64,000 bases of DNA, taken from Octopus sinensis. Its lineage: Eukaryota. A model generated the notes under the pieces. It saw only the letters and a program-made list of their open reading frames with translations, ran no database searches and was not told where the DNA came from. A program made the translations under genes and the position numbers. The DNA lies in NCBI RefSeq assembly GCF_006345805.1, contig NC_042998.1:85436001-85500000 (forward strand), written 5' to 3'. Each line of letters begins with the position of its first letter. Within the stretch, counting starts at the first letter, position 1. Positions 34,996 through 49,182 of the stretch are shown here, in pieces.

Positions 34996-37900
34996 ACTGA
35001 TATTTATTTTTTTAACTAGTTTCATCTGTGCTACATTGCAGGCTGCTTTTGATCATCTTATGAGGTTTATGAATGAAAATCCACTTTTAAACATGTTCTA
35101 GAAACAACTTTTTTTTTTCACTGTCACATTCTCTTGTTTCCTTTCAGTTTATATATTTGACATTGTAGTATTTAAGTGTAAATGACATTCTGTGAACAGC
35201 CTTAGATAGCTTCAGTTGAGTTGCATCATTATTTTATTTATTTTTATATACTCAAACATCAAATATTTTTGTCTATTTGAGTTTATGTTCTGTATGTCTG
35301 CATGTTCTGGAAGGATGGCCACTGGTGGGGCTAGCTGTGATGGACTCTGTTGGAGCGTGATAGTTACCTTTCTTCTGTATGCCTAATGGTGTGCATCCTA
35401 TCACAATGTTTGGTTGTGGTTGTGATGGGGCTAATAAAGTTATTGATGTTGTTGCATATCTGTATCCATCCATCCATCTATCTACTGGCTCTTAGCATTC
35501 TGAGTTCAAATCTCGTTGAGGTCAACTTTGCCTTTCATCCTTTTGGGGTACTGTACCATTCTAATACTGGAGTTAATGTAATCAGCTGGCCCATTCCCCT
35601 CAGAATTGCTGGCCTTGTGCCAAAATTTTAAACCATTATCAAGGTTAATTTTGCCGTTCATCGTTATAGGGTAAATAAAATAAGTACCAGTTAAACACTG
35701 GGGTTGATGTAATTGACTTAGTTTCTCCCCTAAAAATTGTTGGCTGTGTGTCAAAATTTTAAACCATTTTTAATGGAGACGGGGTAACTTTGAAGAGAGA
35801 GAGAAAATATATGTTCCTAGAATAGATTTGTAATACTTTTCTAAGGTGTTGCAGATATGCCTCAGTGTGTAGAGGTAGTGACAGTCATGGCTGGAAGTTG
35901 TTGGAGTCAATTTTTTACCTTCAGTGTTCAGCTGTTCTGTAATTTTCAATACTTTTGTTTTATGTTTGATTTGGTTTGTTACAATTATGTTATTGTTGTT
36001 TAACTCATCAGAAATGTTCCAACTTTGACCAGGTTTCCATACATAGAGTATCCATAACTACACTTTTCAATGTTTTTTATAGAAAATGGTGGTGGAGGTG
36101 ATTTGAAGGATACTTGGCTGCTATTTCTAGCAGGTTCAATGACCTAGGAAATAAGACATTGCAATTCATTTTCTTTCACATTAAAAACTTATCTAATATT
36201 CTTACCTTAATCTGAAACTGTAAAGTAATTAACTGTTAGTTAATTATTTCCACAAACATAATTGGTGTATAATTTTATTTATATATTTTTTTCAATATAA
36301 TTAATTCAGTAAAACTCAGTTCTTCTAAATGTGTCACTAAATTCTTAATTATTTTTCCATAACTAGTATTTTACAGAAGATGTGAATTATTTTAAAATTC
36401 CTTTGATTTGTTAGTAATTTCATTTATCTTAATGCTACTTAAGTGAGTTATTTCCAGACAACAACAAAGGAAAAAATATTTTTCCCTGTATCTGTGTACA
36501 TTCAAATTTATCTAGGTGACTATAGTGCATATCTGCAGGTGAGCTTGTGTGACTTCTTTTGCAAATATGACTGTTCAAAGACGTGTGTCTGTTATTATGA
36601 CACCAACAGAAATTTCTCCTGTCTTTAAAGTGCTAGCTCTCATTTCATACTTGCATGGAAATTGTCATTGGCATTCATGTAAGTGTCTTCATACAAAGAT
36701 AGTGACACATAGCAGGGGATATATAATTCCTGCATGGCCCATGCAAGCATGGAAAAGTAGATGTTAAAATGACGATCACACACACACACATACATGAGCT
36801 TACACACACACACATTCAGTGTTCACTTTTTTGTACCTGCATAGGTCAGAGAAAAATTGAGACAGATTGTATGTATATAAGAGTACATACACACACACAC
36901 ACACACACATATTATAGAGTACTCAAGCCATTAGTGATGACGCCATTGTTTGTGATAGTTACGACATTTTAGATTGTATATATGAGTATTCAATTTTTCC
37001 AGTTGTTGAAAAATGTTCATGATGAAATTTGCTAATGAGAGGTATGAGGATGTAAATAAAAATGCCAAAATAACAGGACAATTATATTTATCTCTCCCAA
37101 ATATTATACAGGTTTGATTACTTTTAACATGTACAATGTGTTTAGTCAATGATTCACTCATTATTCTGCATTGTTATTTTCTACAATAAATGCTCTGCTT
37201 ATTTTCACCCTTGTACATGTATGCATATTCAAAACTACCAAAATATATGCATATTTACAGATGGATACCTGATCTTACAAACAGGTTACATACATTTCCT
37301 GAAGGTTTTCAAGGAAGAGCAAGTTTAGTTTATACATAAGTTGCATATTTACAGCATATTTGACACGGTCTGCAAAAACTAGAAATGTACCTAATAAGTA
37401 TTATTATTCAGATTCACTACAAAAATTCCTGATGAACAAAACAAAATTTCTTGCATAGACCTAAGGAGGAACCAACACACCTTGGCCTTATGAATCTTCA
37501 ATCTGTGATTTTAAATTATTTCTGATTTTTTTTGTTATGTTTAATGCAAGAAATATTATGCATGCAGTCATCATCATCATCCAATGTTTTAAATCCAGGT
37601 TTTGTCCCCATTAACAGGGGTGGCTGGATCTACCGCAATGCCATAGCAACCGAGGTAGGCAGGTGCAGCCCACCCCAGCTTTTGGGCTGGCTGATGCCCA
37701 TTCTCCTTTGCTATCATGAGGCTTTTTTGGAGCTGGATTTTCTACGGGAAGCATGTCCTTGCTTACCCCAAACCTCAGTTTCTAGACATGAGTGGTTCCA
37801 AGACCAAGGCCTCTACCACGATTTTTAAGAAATGTAGTGGGAAACTAGCTCAGGAAGGTGGGGACGCTACTCCCTGAGACCCCTTTCACAGTGTAATAAG

Positions 37901-38175
37901 TAAATAAGTTAAAGGTGAATACACAATATTTACCTTTCGCCATTTACTTGCTCCAGTCATTAGACTGCAGCCATGCTGGGGCACAGCTTTGAAGAACTGT
38001 TAGTTGAATGAATTGACCCTGGTACTTCTTTTCTTTTTTTTTTTTTAAGCCTAGTACTTATTCTACTTTTGCTGAATTGCTAAGTTATGGGGATATAAAT
38101 ACACCAACACTGGTTGCCAAGCAATGGTGGGGGACACAGACAACAAAGACACATGCAAACATATATAAACCCATC

Positions 38176-38254
<79 letters not shown>

Positions 38255-38259
38255 TATAC

Positions 38260-38556
38260 ATGCTGGTGGCACGTAAAAGGTACCATCCGAATCGTGGCCG
38301 AAGCCAGTGCCGGTGGCACGTAAAATGCACCAATCCGACCGTGGCTGATGCCAGCCTCACCTGGCACCTGTGCAGGTGGCACGTAAAAAGCACCCACTAC
38401 TCTCACGGAGTGGTTGGCATTAGGAAGGGCATCCAGCTGTAGAAACATTGTCAGATAAGACTGGAGCCTAGTGCAGCCTTCTGGCTTCCCAGATCCCCGG
38501 TCGAACCGTCCAACCCATGCTAGCATGGAGAACGGACATTAAACGATGATGATGAT
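38260..38556 (+). mobile_element. RTE 3' UTR fragment with two hairpin units and (GAT)n tail
   Basis: GTGCCGGTGGCACGTAAAA units followed by the shared tail CCAACCCATGCTAGCATGG...GATGATGAT. Confidence 0.85.
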
Positions 38557-38557
38557 A

Positions 38558-39388
38558 CACACAGTGTGTGATGGGTAAATTGTTGCCATTTTATATTTTT
38601 AATTTTGCATATGCACATTGTTCGTTTTTGATTTTGTCAACTACACAGTATAGTAGGGTCAGTTGTGCATTGTCTGTGAGAAAACTGCACCACGACGCAA
38701 TTCACTCTGTCAGAAATTTGGAAACATGCTGTACTACTTGGCATTCATGCTAGAAGCTCCAATATGAACATTTCAGAGTGTTTGGGTGTCAGTCTGAGGA
38801 CAGTGCAATCTGACGTACTGAGAGTGATAAAAATCAAACATCCAGTCAATATCATGGTGTTTAAAGTGATCACTAGTGGTGGTGACGTTGTGCCTCGCCA
38901 GTCATCCTCCCATATGGCCTCAGACTCAACACAGAGGCCCACATCAAGTGCCTGGAGGAGGTAGTGCTGTCCTGGGTCAAGAGGATGGTGGCTGAAAGAC
39001 CCTATGTCTGGCAACACCAAACCACACAAGCAGGAGAACCCAGTCATGGCTGTCAGACAATTTCTGCAACTACATCACCCCTAACATCCGGCCACCTAAT
39101 TCCCCAGACTGCAACCCCCTTGATTATTATATGTGGGGTGCAGTTGAGTGAGAGATCAACAAAACTCTTTTTAACACCAAAGATGAACTGAAAGCAAGGA
39201 TTATGGTGGCATTCACCAACTTAAACAAGGAGACCATCCAGAAGAGTTGCAGGAAATTCCAAAGTCATCTAGAGGCCATGGTTGAATAGTATTTCAAGAT
39301 ATTTTTTATGTAAATTTGGTAAATATATCTGTTAAAATGAGACGTCAGTGTTATTTTCATTTTTGCATAAGTCACCACACCCTGTGTA
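38558..39388 (+). mobile_element. Internally deleted IS630-Tc1-mariner element (maT/rosa-like)
   Basis: Transposase remnants KHPVNIMVF..ITS.GDV, CLEEVVLSWVKR, RPYVWQ, PPNSPDCNPLDYYMWG, TKDELKARI; degenerate TIRs CAGTGTGTG / CACACCCTG with TA flanks. Confidence 0.85.
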
Positions 39389-40006
39389 TATGATGGGCTT
39401 TTTTCAGTTTCCATCTACTAAACCCACTCACAAAGCTTTGGTTGGCCTAAGGCTATGGTAGAAAACACTTACAATAGGTGCCATGCAGTGGGACTAAATC
39501 CAGAATCATGAGGTTGGGAAGCAAGCTTCTTTCCACACAGCCATGCCTCAGTAATGTGAATATAACAGGTAACACTAGAATATAGTATAATATATGAAGT
39601 AGAATGATTAATAGTGGAATAAATGTATATACAAATAGTATAATGACTCCATATTGATGACATGTAGTGTAATTATATATACTGATTAGATTTACCAAGG
39701 AAAAAAAAAAAGAAAAGGGAGAATTAATTTAATCATCAGAATTTATGAACATAAAAACATTAGTTGAGCATTATAAGATAATGATGACAGCAGAATGAAT
39801 TTTCAGATATAAAAAAAATTAATAGTTTAGAAAGTAAATCATATAAATGGAACAAATTAAACAGCTTCAAATGGTTAAGTGTTACTCACAAAAAAGTATA
39901 TATTCACAAATACATGTAGTATGTTATATATATATTGGTATATTATATCATCATTTAACGTCCATTGTCTGTGCTGGCATGGGTTGGGCTGTTTGACCTG
40001 GGCCCG

Positions 40007-40050
<44 letters not shown>

Positions 40051-40167
40051 GAGAGAGAGAAAATATACATATAGGGAAGGAAAATTAGAGAAATTTTCTA
40101 CCAGTGGCTAGCATGCATGAAATAGTCAATAGACAGCATATTAGTCATAAAATTAGTGTACATTTAT

Positions 40168-40241
40168 ACACAAAAGAGGTGACCCTAACAGGACACCTTG
40201 CATGCATATAAGGTGTCTTGTTAGGTTCACTTCTTTTGTGT
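40168..40241 (+). other. Isolated 74-nt hairpin (32-bp stem, 10-nt loop)
   Basis: ACACAAAAGAGGTGACCCTAACAGGACACCTT / AAGGTGTCTTGTTAGGTTCACTTCTTTTGTGT with 2 G-U pairs and 1 C-U mismatch on the + strand. Confidence 0.85.
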
Positions 40242-41706
40242 CTGTCTGCGTTTTTTTTTTTCACCTTAAAATGACTACTGTTGTCCTGCAGAATAATTGG
40301 CTTATGGTAGGAAAGCAAATATGATTGTAAAAATAAAATGCAGGTTCAATCCCTGACTGACTTAGGAATATCAACTGATGAGAATTATTGACAACACATC
40401 CAAGGTGAGAAAAAGAATCTGCAAAGAAAAGCACACACACACACATTCATGCATACATGAAAGCATACATGTGTGTTGACAGCAACTGAAGTTTCACCAT
40501 TGGTTGCTTATTCCAACTTCAAAGTCACAGTCAGCCAAATTATAGATATTTAACTGCACATGTATTGAGTCCTTCAGTTAATGTTCACTGTTGTCATGTA
40601 CTTAAAAACTATTATTTTTAACATTATAGGTATTTGTATACATGCATATGTGTGTATGGATTGAACAATGAATATAATATAATTTACCAGTATCATGGTT
40701 CAAGAAGGACTTTTTTGATTAAGTCTTTTTAAATGCCAGCATGTTTTAAAATTGGAATCTTTGATAAACAAACACATCATTAAGACATCAATGTAGCTTA
40801 TAAAAATATTAATAATAGCAGTAGTAGAACTACTAGAAAGAGACAACTACAGTTATCAGAACCCTTTTGCTTTTTATATCAGTTGAGTTGATCACCCATT
40901 GTTGGATAGCTGTAACTAGGAAAGGTTGATCAAGTATTTCATTTATTCAGCCTTGCTTGCATAAAAGAATTATATTATTGGTTTATTTATTAACATTATT
41001 ACATAAACTCCACTGTAGTTCTGAGAGACATGAGAGGGGGACAGTTAAAGTAGTTGTTGTCGTATATTTTTAACTCACAATGGTGTCTAAATAATTTTTT
41101 TCCTTTTTACCAGTTCAGTGTAAACAGTGCAGATTCCTTCTTGCTATTATTATTTAGATGCATTGAGTATTTTAACTGAAAGTGGAGCTGGTGGTGGTGA
41201 TGACAGTACTGTATATGATATTTCAAAATCATTTAATTTCATTCAAATCCCCAAAATAGAATTGAGTTGTTCATTGTTAACAACTAATCTAAATTGGTGA
41301 ATATGTGGAAATTTCGTGTAAAATATATCAAGCAGTAAATTTGGTGCAGTCAGCAATCTGCAATGAAAAAAGATGCTTTACTATAATGCATTGAAATTCT
41401 GTTGCACGCTAATTTTGCTTTGCAACTCAGCAGGATCAATAAAAATGAATATCAGTAAGATACTAGGGTTTTATGTTGATTATATTTCTTCTAATATAAT
41501 TACTCTTACACTTAATCAGTAAAGTCATTTATGTATCATGCAGTCCTTCTCTTTTACTTCCTTTTATTGACTCAAAGCACAAAGCTTGTTTTTGTTTTCT
41601 TTTTCTGTGTTTGTCAGTATAAAGAACAGCAACACAATTGGTGAGCTTCGACTGTGATATCTGAAAGACTGTATTATGATAGTGAAGTTAATATTTATTG
41701 TAATTG

Positions 41707-41920
41707 TAAGGCGATAAGCTGGCGGAATTGTTAGCATGCTGGGCAAAATACTTAGTAGAATTTCATTTGTCTTTACTCTCTGAGTTCAAATTCCGGTGAG
41801 TTCAACTTTGGCTTTCATCCCTTCACAGGTGATAAAATAAGTACCAGTTGGGCACTGGGGTCAATGTAATTGACTTGCTCCCTTCTCTGAAATTTCTGGC
41901 CTTGTGCTAAAATTCGAAAT
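41707..41920 (+). mobile_element. SINE family A, full length
   Basis: Head to tail match with the family consensus seen across the window. Confidence 0.85.
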
Positions 41921-44489
41921 CACTATTTTAATTCTTTACAGCTATGGTTTCAGACAAAAGTATCATGATACCTTTTTTGGCAATGGAACTTCCAAAATTT
42001 ACAGAACCTGTATCATTATTTTATGAATGATCCCACCACCATTATTTAATAAGGCATTAAATGAGACAAAAATTGTTTTAAAGAGAAAATTTATTCATAT
42101 AAAGTAATTCACACACACAATAAGTTTTGAAATGGTAAATACTGTTTTTTTTTTTTTCATAAAATAATTTTTGGATTGATTTCCTTAGAAGATCCTTCAT
42201 CTTGTGGAACACCTGAATTTTATTTTATTTTATTTCATAGAATCCAGTTTGAGAAACACTGACCTAGTTAGAATGTTGCACACATTAGTGAAGAATATTG
42301 AGAGATTTTAAGCATAAGGTTATTATTCAATATGGAATACAGATATTAAATGATGATGATGATATTGGGTTTGTAAAGTGTTGCATACCCTAAGTATAGG
42401 AGAGATAGGGTGATGAGATCACAGAAACGTTGGAAACCTATGATGGTTAAAAATGCATCTGAAATAGGAAAGTCCAACAAAATTCAGTTCCTAGTTGAAC
42501 CAAGTATTTGTTATGGAGTTTAGAAAATTAGATACAATAGAGGTCATGAGAGAAAGGGATCAGTTGGGCTAAAAGGAGTTCACAAACTTATAGAAGCACT
42601 GACTATTAAAATATAAGAATGTATGGTATAAATATAACATGGATGCAGTGTGTTTCATAGTTTGGGGTTCAGTCTTGTGAATTTTGGTTGTTGTAGCCTT
42701 GGAAGTGAAATTTTGTAGGTGAAAACTGTAAGAACCCATTAAGAGGACCCATCCTGTTATGTGATTGGCTTAATTTTTCACTTGTTTTAATCACCTTTGT
42801 TGTCTTTTACATTCCTTTAATAAAATTTACTTAATATTGTTCATCTTTCAAATTCTGCTAAGGTTGACTTTTCTGAGCGCTGGGATTGATGTAATCAACA
42901 TACCCCATCCCCCAAATTCGCTGGCCTTGTGCCAAAATTTGAAACCAATATTATTCATCTTTGTCAACCAAGCTATTGAGAATAGATACTAGGCTCTCCA
43001 GAGATGTCACATGAGAAAGATTGATATCCTATCCAGGAAGAGATTTATCTCTCATCTGCTTAATATCAAGAAGCTAGAGTAACACCTTCTTCTAAAGGCC
43101 TCTTGAGGCTTAAGAGACATTTACATATCATAAGAAAGTGGCTGGTTAAAATGCGTCTACTTTTCAATAAAAAGAAAAATAAGCTACAACCATGCAGTCT
43201 TGTGTTTAATCATGTCACTGAGAGATTCTTTTAAAAATGCTATGTGATGTAGATATCAGTCTAGTCTGTCAAAAATATTCAAACTTCTCTTTGATCTGGA
43301 TTACTGCCATGCCACTAGTAAATACCCATTTCAGCATATCTACTCAGCTGTCGGAAGTGAGAAGTGGAGGAGTAGGGTAACGAGGATATTAAGAAAAAAT
43401 TAGACATATTTTGAGGTTTTCGAGAAGGTTATTGAAAAGGTTGAACAAATAAAATGGTTTATAAACAGAATGTTGATGCTTCTATCTATTTATTTACCAC
43501 ATACTCAGCAAGGAGACATGTACAATACTGTTAAACACTGGGTTTAGTGTGATAGTTTCATGTCAATATTGCATCACTTGCATTCATTGCTAATATCACT
43601 TGACAGTTTTGTTTACATAGTAGGTAGCAGTAAGGATAGGTAAGCTAGTGTTGACATATTTAATGCATCTAAAAGGCTAACTGGGAATAATCATGTAATG
43701 AAGAAAAACACATATTAGTCAATGGCTAATATTACTTCATTTTTACTGTCAAGCCAGCAAATGCAGGAGATAATTCTAGACTTGTTTTGGGTTTATACTG
43801 ACCTCATCAGTAAAGATAGCCTTCACTCTAACTGTCAAAGTAGTTATGGAAGAATCAGTAAGTAAATATACAGGATTGTAAATCTATTGACAAAGGAAAA
43901 TAGAATTATTTAAACATGAATATCATTTTGCTCCTTCTTCGTGTTATTTCTAGTTCTGTATGTGTTAACTATATTGGCACTACCTTAGAACTAAGGATAC
44001 TAAATTTTTCACAAGTATGTATTTTGACTACTGAAAGATAAATTACAGCAAACCTTGCAGATGTTTTTCTGTTCCTGGCAATGCATCACCCTGAATGAAG
44101 AATGGTGAGGGAGATGCTCTGATAGAACAATCCTATCTCATAGGGTTCTTTTCTGTGGTTTGTAATCTCTATTCCAATCAAATTGAATAGAGAAGTAATT
44201 CAAGGTAGGGGGCAGGGTATTGGATATTTCAGCCTCTACAGATTCTTCAGAAAGCAGCATATCAAAAACAGCCAATACACTATTTGCTTGTAATCTTCCT
44301 TGTTTTAGGTAGTGAAACCTGAGCTTTCACACTGGTTCCTAGATTGCCACTGGATACTAAATTGTCTGTATGGTTAGCAAAGTATCAAAATAAAAAAACT
44401 TTAATTAAAAATTCCAAGACACAATTGGTTTTAATCATATTTTATTGATAGATTTTCTTTCTCTATCACATCTATTTATTTTTTTATCA

Positions 44490-44860
44490 TTTACTTGTTC
44501 TAGTCATTGGACTGCAGCCATGTGGGGCATCACCTGGAAGGATTTTAATTGAATAAATCAACCCTCAGGACTTATTTTTTAAGTGACTAGTACCTATTCT
44601 GTTGTCCCTTTTGCTGAACTACTAAGTTATGGGAATATAAACAAACCAACAGTAGTTGGCAAGCAGTAAGTGGGGGAGAAACACACACACACATGATTGG
44701 CTTCTGCTCAGTTTTTGTCTACCAAATTCATTCACAAGGCGTTGGTCAGCCAAAGACTACATTAGAAGACTCTTGCTGAAAATACTGTGCACTGAGAATG
44801 ATCCTGAAGCCACATGGTTGGAAAGCCAGCCTCTCAACCACACAGCCATGCCTGCACCTT
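44490..44860 (-). mobile_element. SINE family B, degraded full length
   Basis: CAGCCATG...GCTGAACTACTAAGTTATGGG...CTACCAAATTC...CACAGCCATGCCTGCACC. Confidence 0.7.
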
Positions 44861-45502
44861 GTATAATAAGCAATTCAACTATTTTTTGCTGAATTTATCT
44901 TTTCGTATCTGCTTCACCTCTATACTATTTAATTTTGGTGGAGCTGAGTATCTAGTGCTTTTCCCCCACACGCCCCTACTAAATTCATAACATTGCACAT
45001 AAATATGACAGAATGCAAACTCCTGACTCTTCAACTAAGATGTCAACACCCATTATTTATCCACTTAGCTGCTACCTGTTGCAATACAAGATCACAAGTG
45101 TGAAGTTTGTGTCACATAATCTCTTATCATAAGGTAATGAGTTAGTAGAAATACTTATACATCAGACTAACTGACTTGCACAATTTCGTCTTGTCTATGT
45201 TCTTAGTTTAAATTAGGTGTCAATCAAATATTTGAAGTCTATATATAAAAGAGATATCAGTAATATCCTGTAGCTGATGCAATTAACTATACCACTCTGA
45301 GCTAACCAGGAAACCTCTGTTTCCATTTGACATGCTGGAAATAGCAGTCAAATCTCTCTCAAATCACTGTTTATTTGGATAATATACTTCAGGTCTACTA
45401 TGTATAGAAAAACAAAAAGAGGGTGGTGATGGTGAGATGAGATTTAAATCGAAGCCAAATAATAATAACTAAAATACTTTTATAGTAATATTGACGATGT
45501 AC

Positions 45503-45718
45503 TAAGGTGGCGAGCTGGCAGAAACATTAGCATGCCGGGCGAAATGCTTAGCGATATTTCGTCTGTTTTAATGTTCGGAGTTCAAATTCCACCAAGGTTG
45601 ACGTTGCCTTTCATCCTTTTGGGGTCAACAAATTGAGTACCAGTTGCATACTGAGATCAATCTAATCGACTGGTCCCCTCCCCCAAAATTTCGGGCCATG
45701 TGCCTAGAGTAGAAAAGA
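45503..45718 (+). mobile_element. SINE family A, full length
   Basis: TAAGGTGGCGAGCTGGCAGAAACATTAGCATGCCGGGCGAAATGCTTAGC...GCCTTTCATCCTTTTGGGGTC...GTGCCTAGAGTAGAAAAG. Confidence 0.9.
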
Positions 45719-46044
45719 AATTGATGCTGTAACAAATGAAACAGAAAATGTATCATTTCCCTTATTATTATTATTATTCAATTCTGAGTTGAAACTCCAC
45801 TGAGATCAATTTTGCCTGTTATCCTTCCAGGGTCAATAAAATAAAGTATCATTCAAGTATTCTTTTATACTCAAGACACAAGGCCTGAAATTTGGGGGGG
45901 AGGGTCCAGTCGATTAGATCAACCCCAGTATGCAACAAGTATTTAATTTATCAACCCCGAAAGGATGAAAGGCAAAGTCGACAGTTTTGTGATGTTTTTG
46001 CATCACAAAACTGTTTCTGTATATATATATATATATATATATAT

Positions 46045-46435
46045 TTATTCTTTTATTTGTTTCAGTCATTTGACTGCGGCCATGCTAGAGCACCACATTT
46101 AGTTGAGCAAATCCATCCCAAGACTTATTCTTTGTTAGCCTAGTACTTATTCTATCAGTCTCTTTTGCCAAACTGCTAATGTTATAGGGATGTAAACACC
46201 AGCATCAGTTGTCAAGCGATGCTGGGTGGGGGACAGACATATACACACATACATGTGTAATATATATATATATGTATGATGGGCTTCTTTCAGTTTCCGT
46301 CTGCCAAATCCATTCACAAGGCTTTGGTTGGCCTGAGGCTATAGCAGAAAACACTTGACCAAGGTGCCACACAGTGGGACTGAACCAAGAACCATGTCAT
46401 TGGTAAGCAAGCTACTTACCACACCGCCACTCCTG

Positions 46436-46437
<2 letters not shown>
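46045..46437 (-). mobile_element. SINE family B, full length with internal (CA)/(TA) tract
   Basis: Reverse complement of the 54414-54812 element. Confidence 0.88.
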
Positions 46438-46490
<53 letters not shown>

Positions 46491-47724
46491 CCACCTCATT
46501 GGTGGATTTGGTTGACAGAAACTGAAAGATGCCCAATGTATACATGTGTGTCTGTGTTTGTTTCTCACCACCACTTGATAACTGGTGTTGATGTGTTTAT
46601 ATCCCTGTAATTTAACGGTTTGGCAAAAGAGGATGACAGTAAGTATCAGGCTTTAAAAAAATAAGTACTGGGGTCGATTTATTTGACTAAAATTTTTCCA
46701 AGCTGGTGCCCCAGCATGGCCACAGTCAAATAACTGGAACAAGTAAAAGGTAAAATGATTATGTATGAATTCAGTTATTCTACAGCCTTTGAATGTGTGC
46801 ATAGAAGAGTGATGTGTATACACTGCATGTTAGGGGATGGCTTCAACAGTATTAATATTCAGTGTGAGAATACTAACCATTTTATTATATGTTCTACTTT
46901 GTCGGTTTGAAAAATTCTCCAATTCAGTGCCACACACTTTTTATCTTTTTCACATTTTGTGCCTTGCTTATAAACATGCTGAAGAAAAATGGATGTTATT
47001 AACACATGTGCCATTTATAAGATGATGTTGAAGCCTACCATATAATAAGATTCAGTACATAACTTTTTAACTACTTGCACCACACACCTGTGGGCTTAAT
47101 GGCTTGCTCACTGTTAAGACTTTGTCACTGTTGTGAATAACAGATAAATTTCCTATTTCTTACAAGCTGTCATAATTTATAAAATGGAAACTATTAATAA
47201 GTAAACAGCAATTGACAGACTTCAGCTTTTTCTTATTTGGTATAGGTATGTGTAATATAATACAGTTCTTGTGTCTGTGAAGTAACCGAAACTTCAAACC
47301 CATCCCTAAAGCTTTAGTACAGTGAATCTCATACAAAAATAACTGCAATTGTTGGTAACTATTGGGTATTTTATACTTAAACGCCTCGTGACATTGTCAT
47401 TTCCTGTATATGGCACAGCTGCAAGGCTCTATATGTGCTCCGAATATACCTAGACGTATGTGTGAACTGTTACAAGTTTTCATAGACTAGCATTCGGTTA
47501 AATGAATCTGAAATTCAAGCTTTTGTATAAATACTTTGTTTAGAGAGCAATACTTTTTCTGTGAAATTTATTATTCCGTATGGGGAGTTGTATGTGGTTA
47601 AGAATTTCACTTTGCAGTTGATTCCGCTGCTTGTTCCTTAGATATGTATCTAATACCCTAACAATGGCAGTGGTAGTGAAAAAGATGGACATCATTCTTT
47701 TGCTCTAAAGACTCATGACTTTGT

Positions 47725-48030
47725 GGTTAGGGTATTCAGCTTACAATTATAAGGTCATAAGTTTGATTCCTAGCAGTTAGTAGTGTCCTTGAGTAAGACA
47801 CTTTATTTCACATTGCTCTTGTCCATTCAGCTGGTAGAAATGAGTTGTACCTGTAATTCAAAGGGCCAGCCTTGTCACATTCTGTGTCATGCTGAGTCTC
47901 CCTGAGAACTATGTTACGGGTATGTGTGTCTGTGAAGTGCTCAGCCACTTGCATGTTAATTTCACACGCAAGCTGTTCCATTGATCGGATCAACTGGAAG
48001 CCCCATTGTTGTAACCAGTGGAGTGCCAGT
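47725..48030 (+). mobile_element. SINE family C, full length
   Basis: GTGGTTAGGGTATTCAGC head, TGTCCTTGAGTAAGACACTTTATTTCAC core, same 3' domain as 27742-28065. Confidence 0.85.
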
Positions 48031-48054
48031 TTATATCAGTTATTATGTTGGCAT

Positions 48055-48302
48055 TTCTATCTTTGCGCCCTTTTAAAGCCTAGCCAGGCTCATGGGTCTG
48101 GTTTCTATGGTGTATGTGTTCCCCAGCTGGACGGGACACCAGTCCATCGCAGTGTTACTCATTTTGGCCAGCTGAGTGAACTGGAGCAACGGGAAATGAT
48201 GTGTTTTGCTCAAGAACACAATGCATCGCCCGGTCCAGGAATCAAAACCACAATCTTACGATCATGATGCTGACACCCTAACCACTAAGCCACACGACAC
48301 CA
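48055..48302 (-). mobile_element. CORE-like SINE with a different 3' tail
   Basis: Minus-strand GTGGCTTAGTGGTTAGGGTGTCAGCATCATGATCGTAAGATTGTGG head and TGTTCTTGAGCAAAACACATCATTTC core. Confidence 0.8.
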
Positions 48303-48984
48303 CATGTTGGCATTTAGTTGAAGAAAATCTATAAACTCAAGCATATAAATACCAAATTGGCAGAGTTGTTAGAACATCAGATAGAATACCTTGAAGTATT
48401 TGTTTTAACCCTCTGTGCTCTAAGTTCAAATCTTACCAAGGTTGACTTGGCCTTTCATCCTTCAGGGTGTCATTAACAAAAAGTACCGGTCCAGAGCAGT
48501 GAATTGGCAGAATTCTAAGAACATCAGGCCAGATAATTTGCATTATTTGTTCTAGCTCTTTCAGTTCTGTGTTCAAGCCTGCCTTGGCTTACTTTGGTGA
48601 TGGACTTCATCCATCACCTCTTTTAATACCACCACCTAGCACCTTCGGTGCTTATAGTGGAGCCTAGTCTGTTGCAAGCATTCAGCTCAGATCTCTAGTT
48701 TGAGAATACTATCTCCCCTTTCACCAGTCATGGAGGCCCTGTAATGGTTCCTGGGCACTACCCTCTCTCTTGACAAAAAACCACTGGACTTGGAAGTCTT
48801 TCATTAAATTTGCTATTCACAAGTCAAAAGGGAGCCTGAGAGGTAAGTGCACATGACATCAGGCTCGCAATTCCTTACCAACTGTTCTACTTCAACTTAT
48901 TCATCTTTTGATCAGTTGAGGGGGCTAGCATTTTAGCCACTCAATTACAACTATCATTATTATTATTATTATTATTTTTGTTAT

Positions 48985-49182
48985 TAAGGTGGCAAGCGAG
49001 CAGAATCATTAACATGCTGGGCAAAATGCATAGTGGCATTTTGCCTGTCCTTAGGTTCTGAGTTCAAATTCCGTCGCAAGTCAACTTTGCTTTTTATCCT
49101 TTCAGGGTCTATAATATAAGTACCAGTTGAGCACTGAGGTCCCTCTCCTGAAATTGCTGGTCTCGTGTCAAAATTTGAAACC
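48985..49182 (+). mobile_element. SINE family A
   Basis: TAAGGTGGCAAGCGAGCAGAATCATTAAC...TGAGTTCAAATTCC... Confidence 0.8.

Larger units (their letters stand above)
37940..39545 (-). mobile_element. SINE family B split by an RTE 3' fragment and a DNA transposon
   Basis: 3' part 37940-38258 ending in (TA)n; 5' part 39389-39545. Confidence 0.75.
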
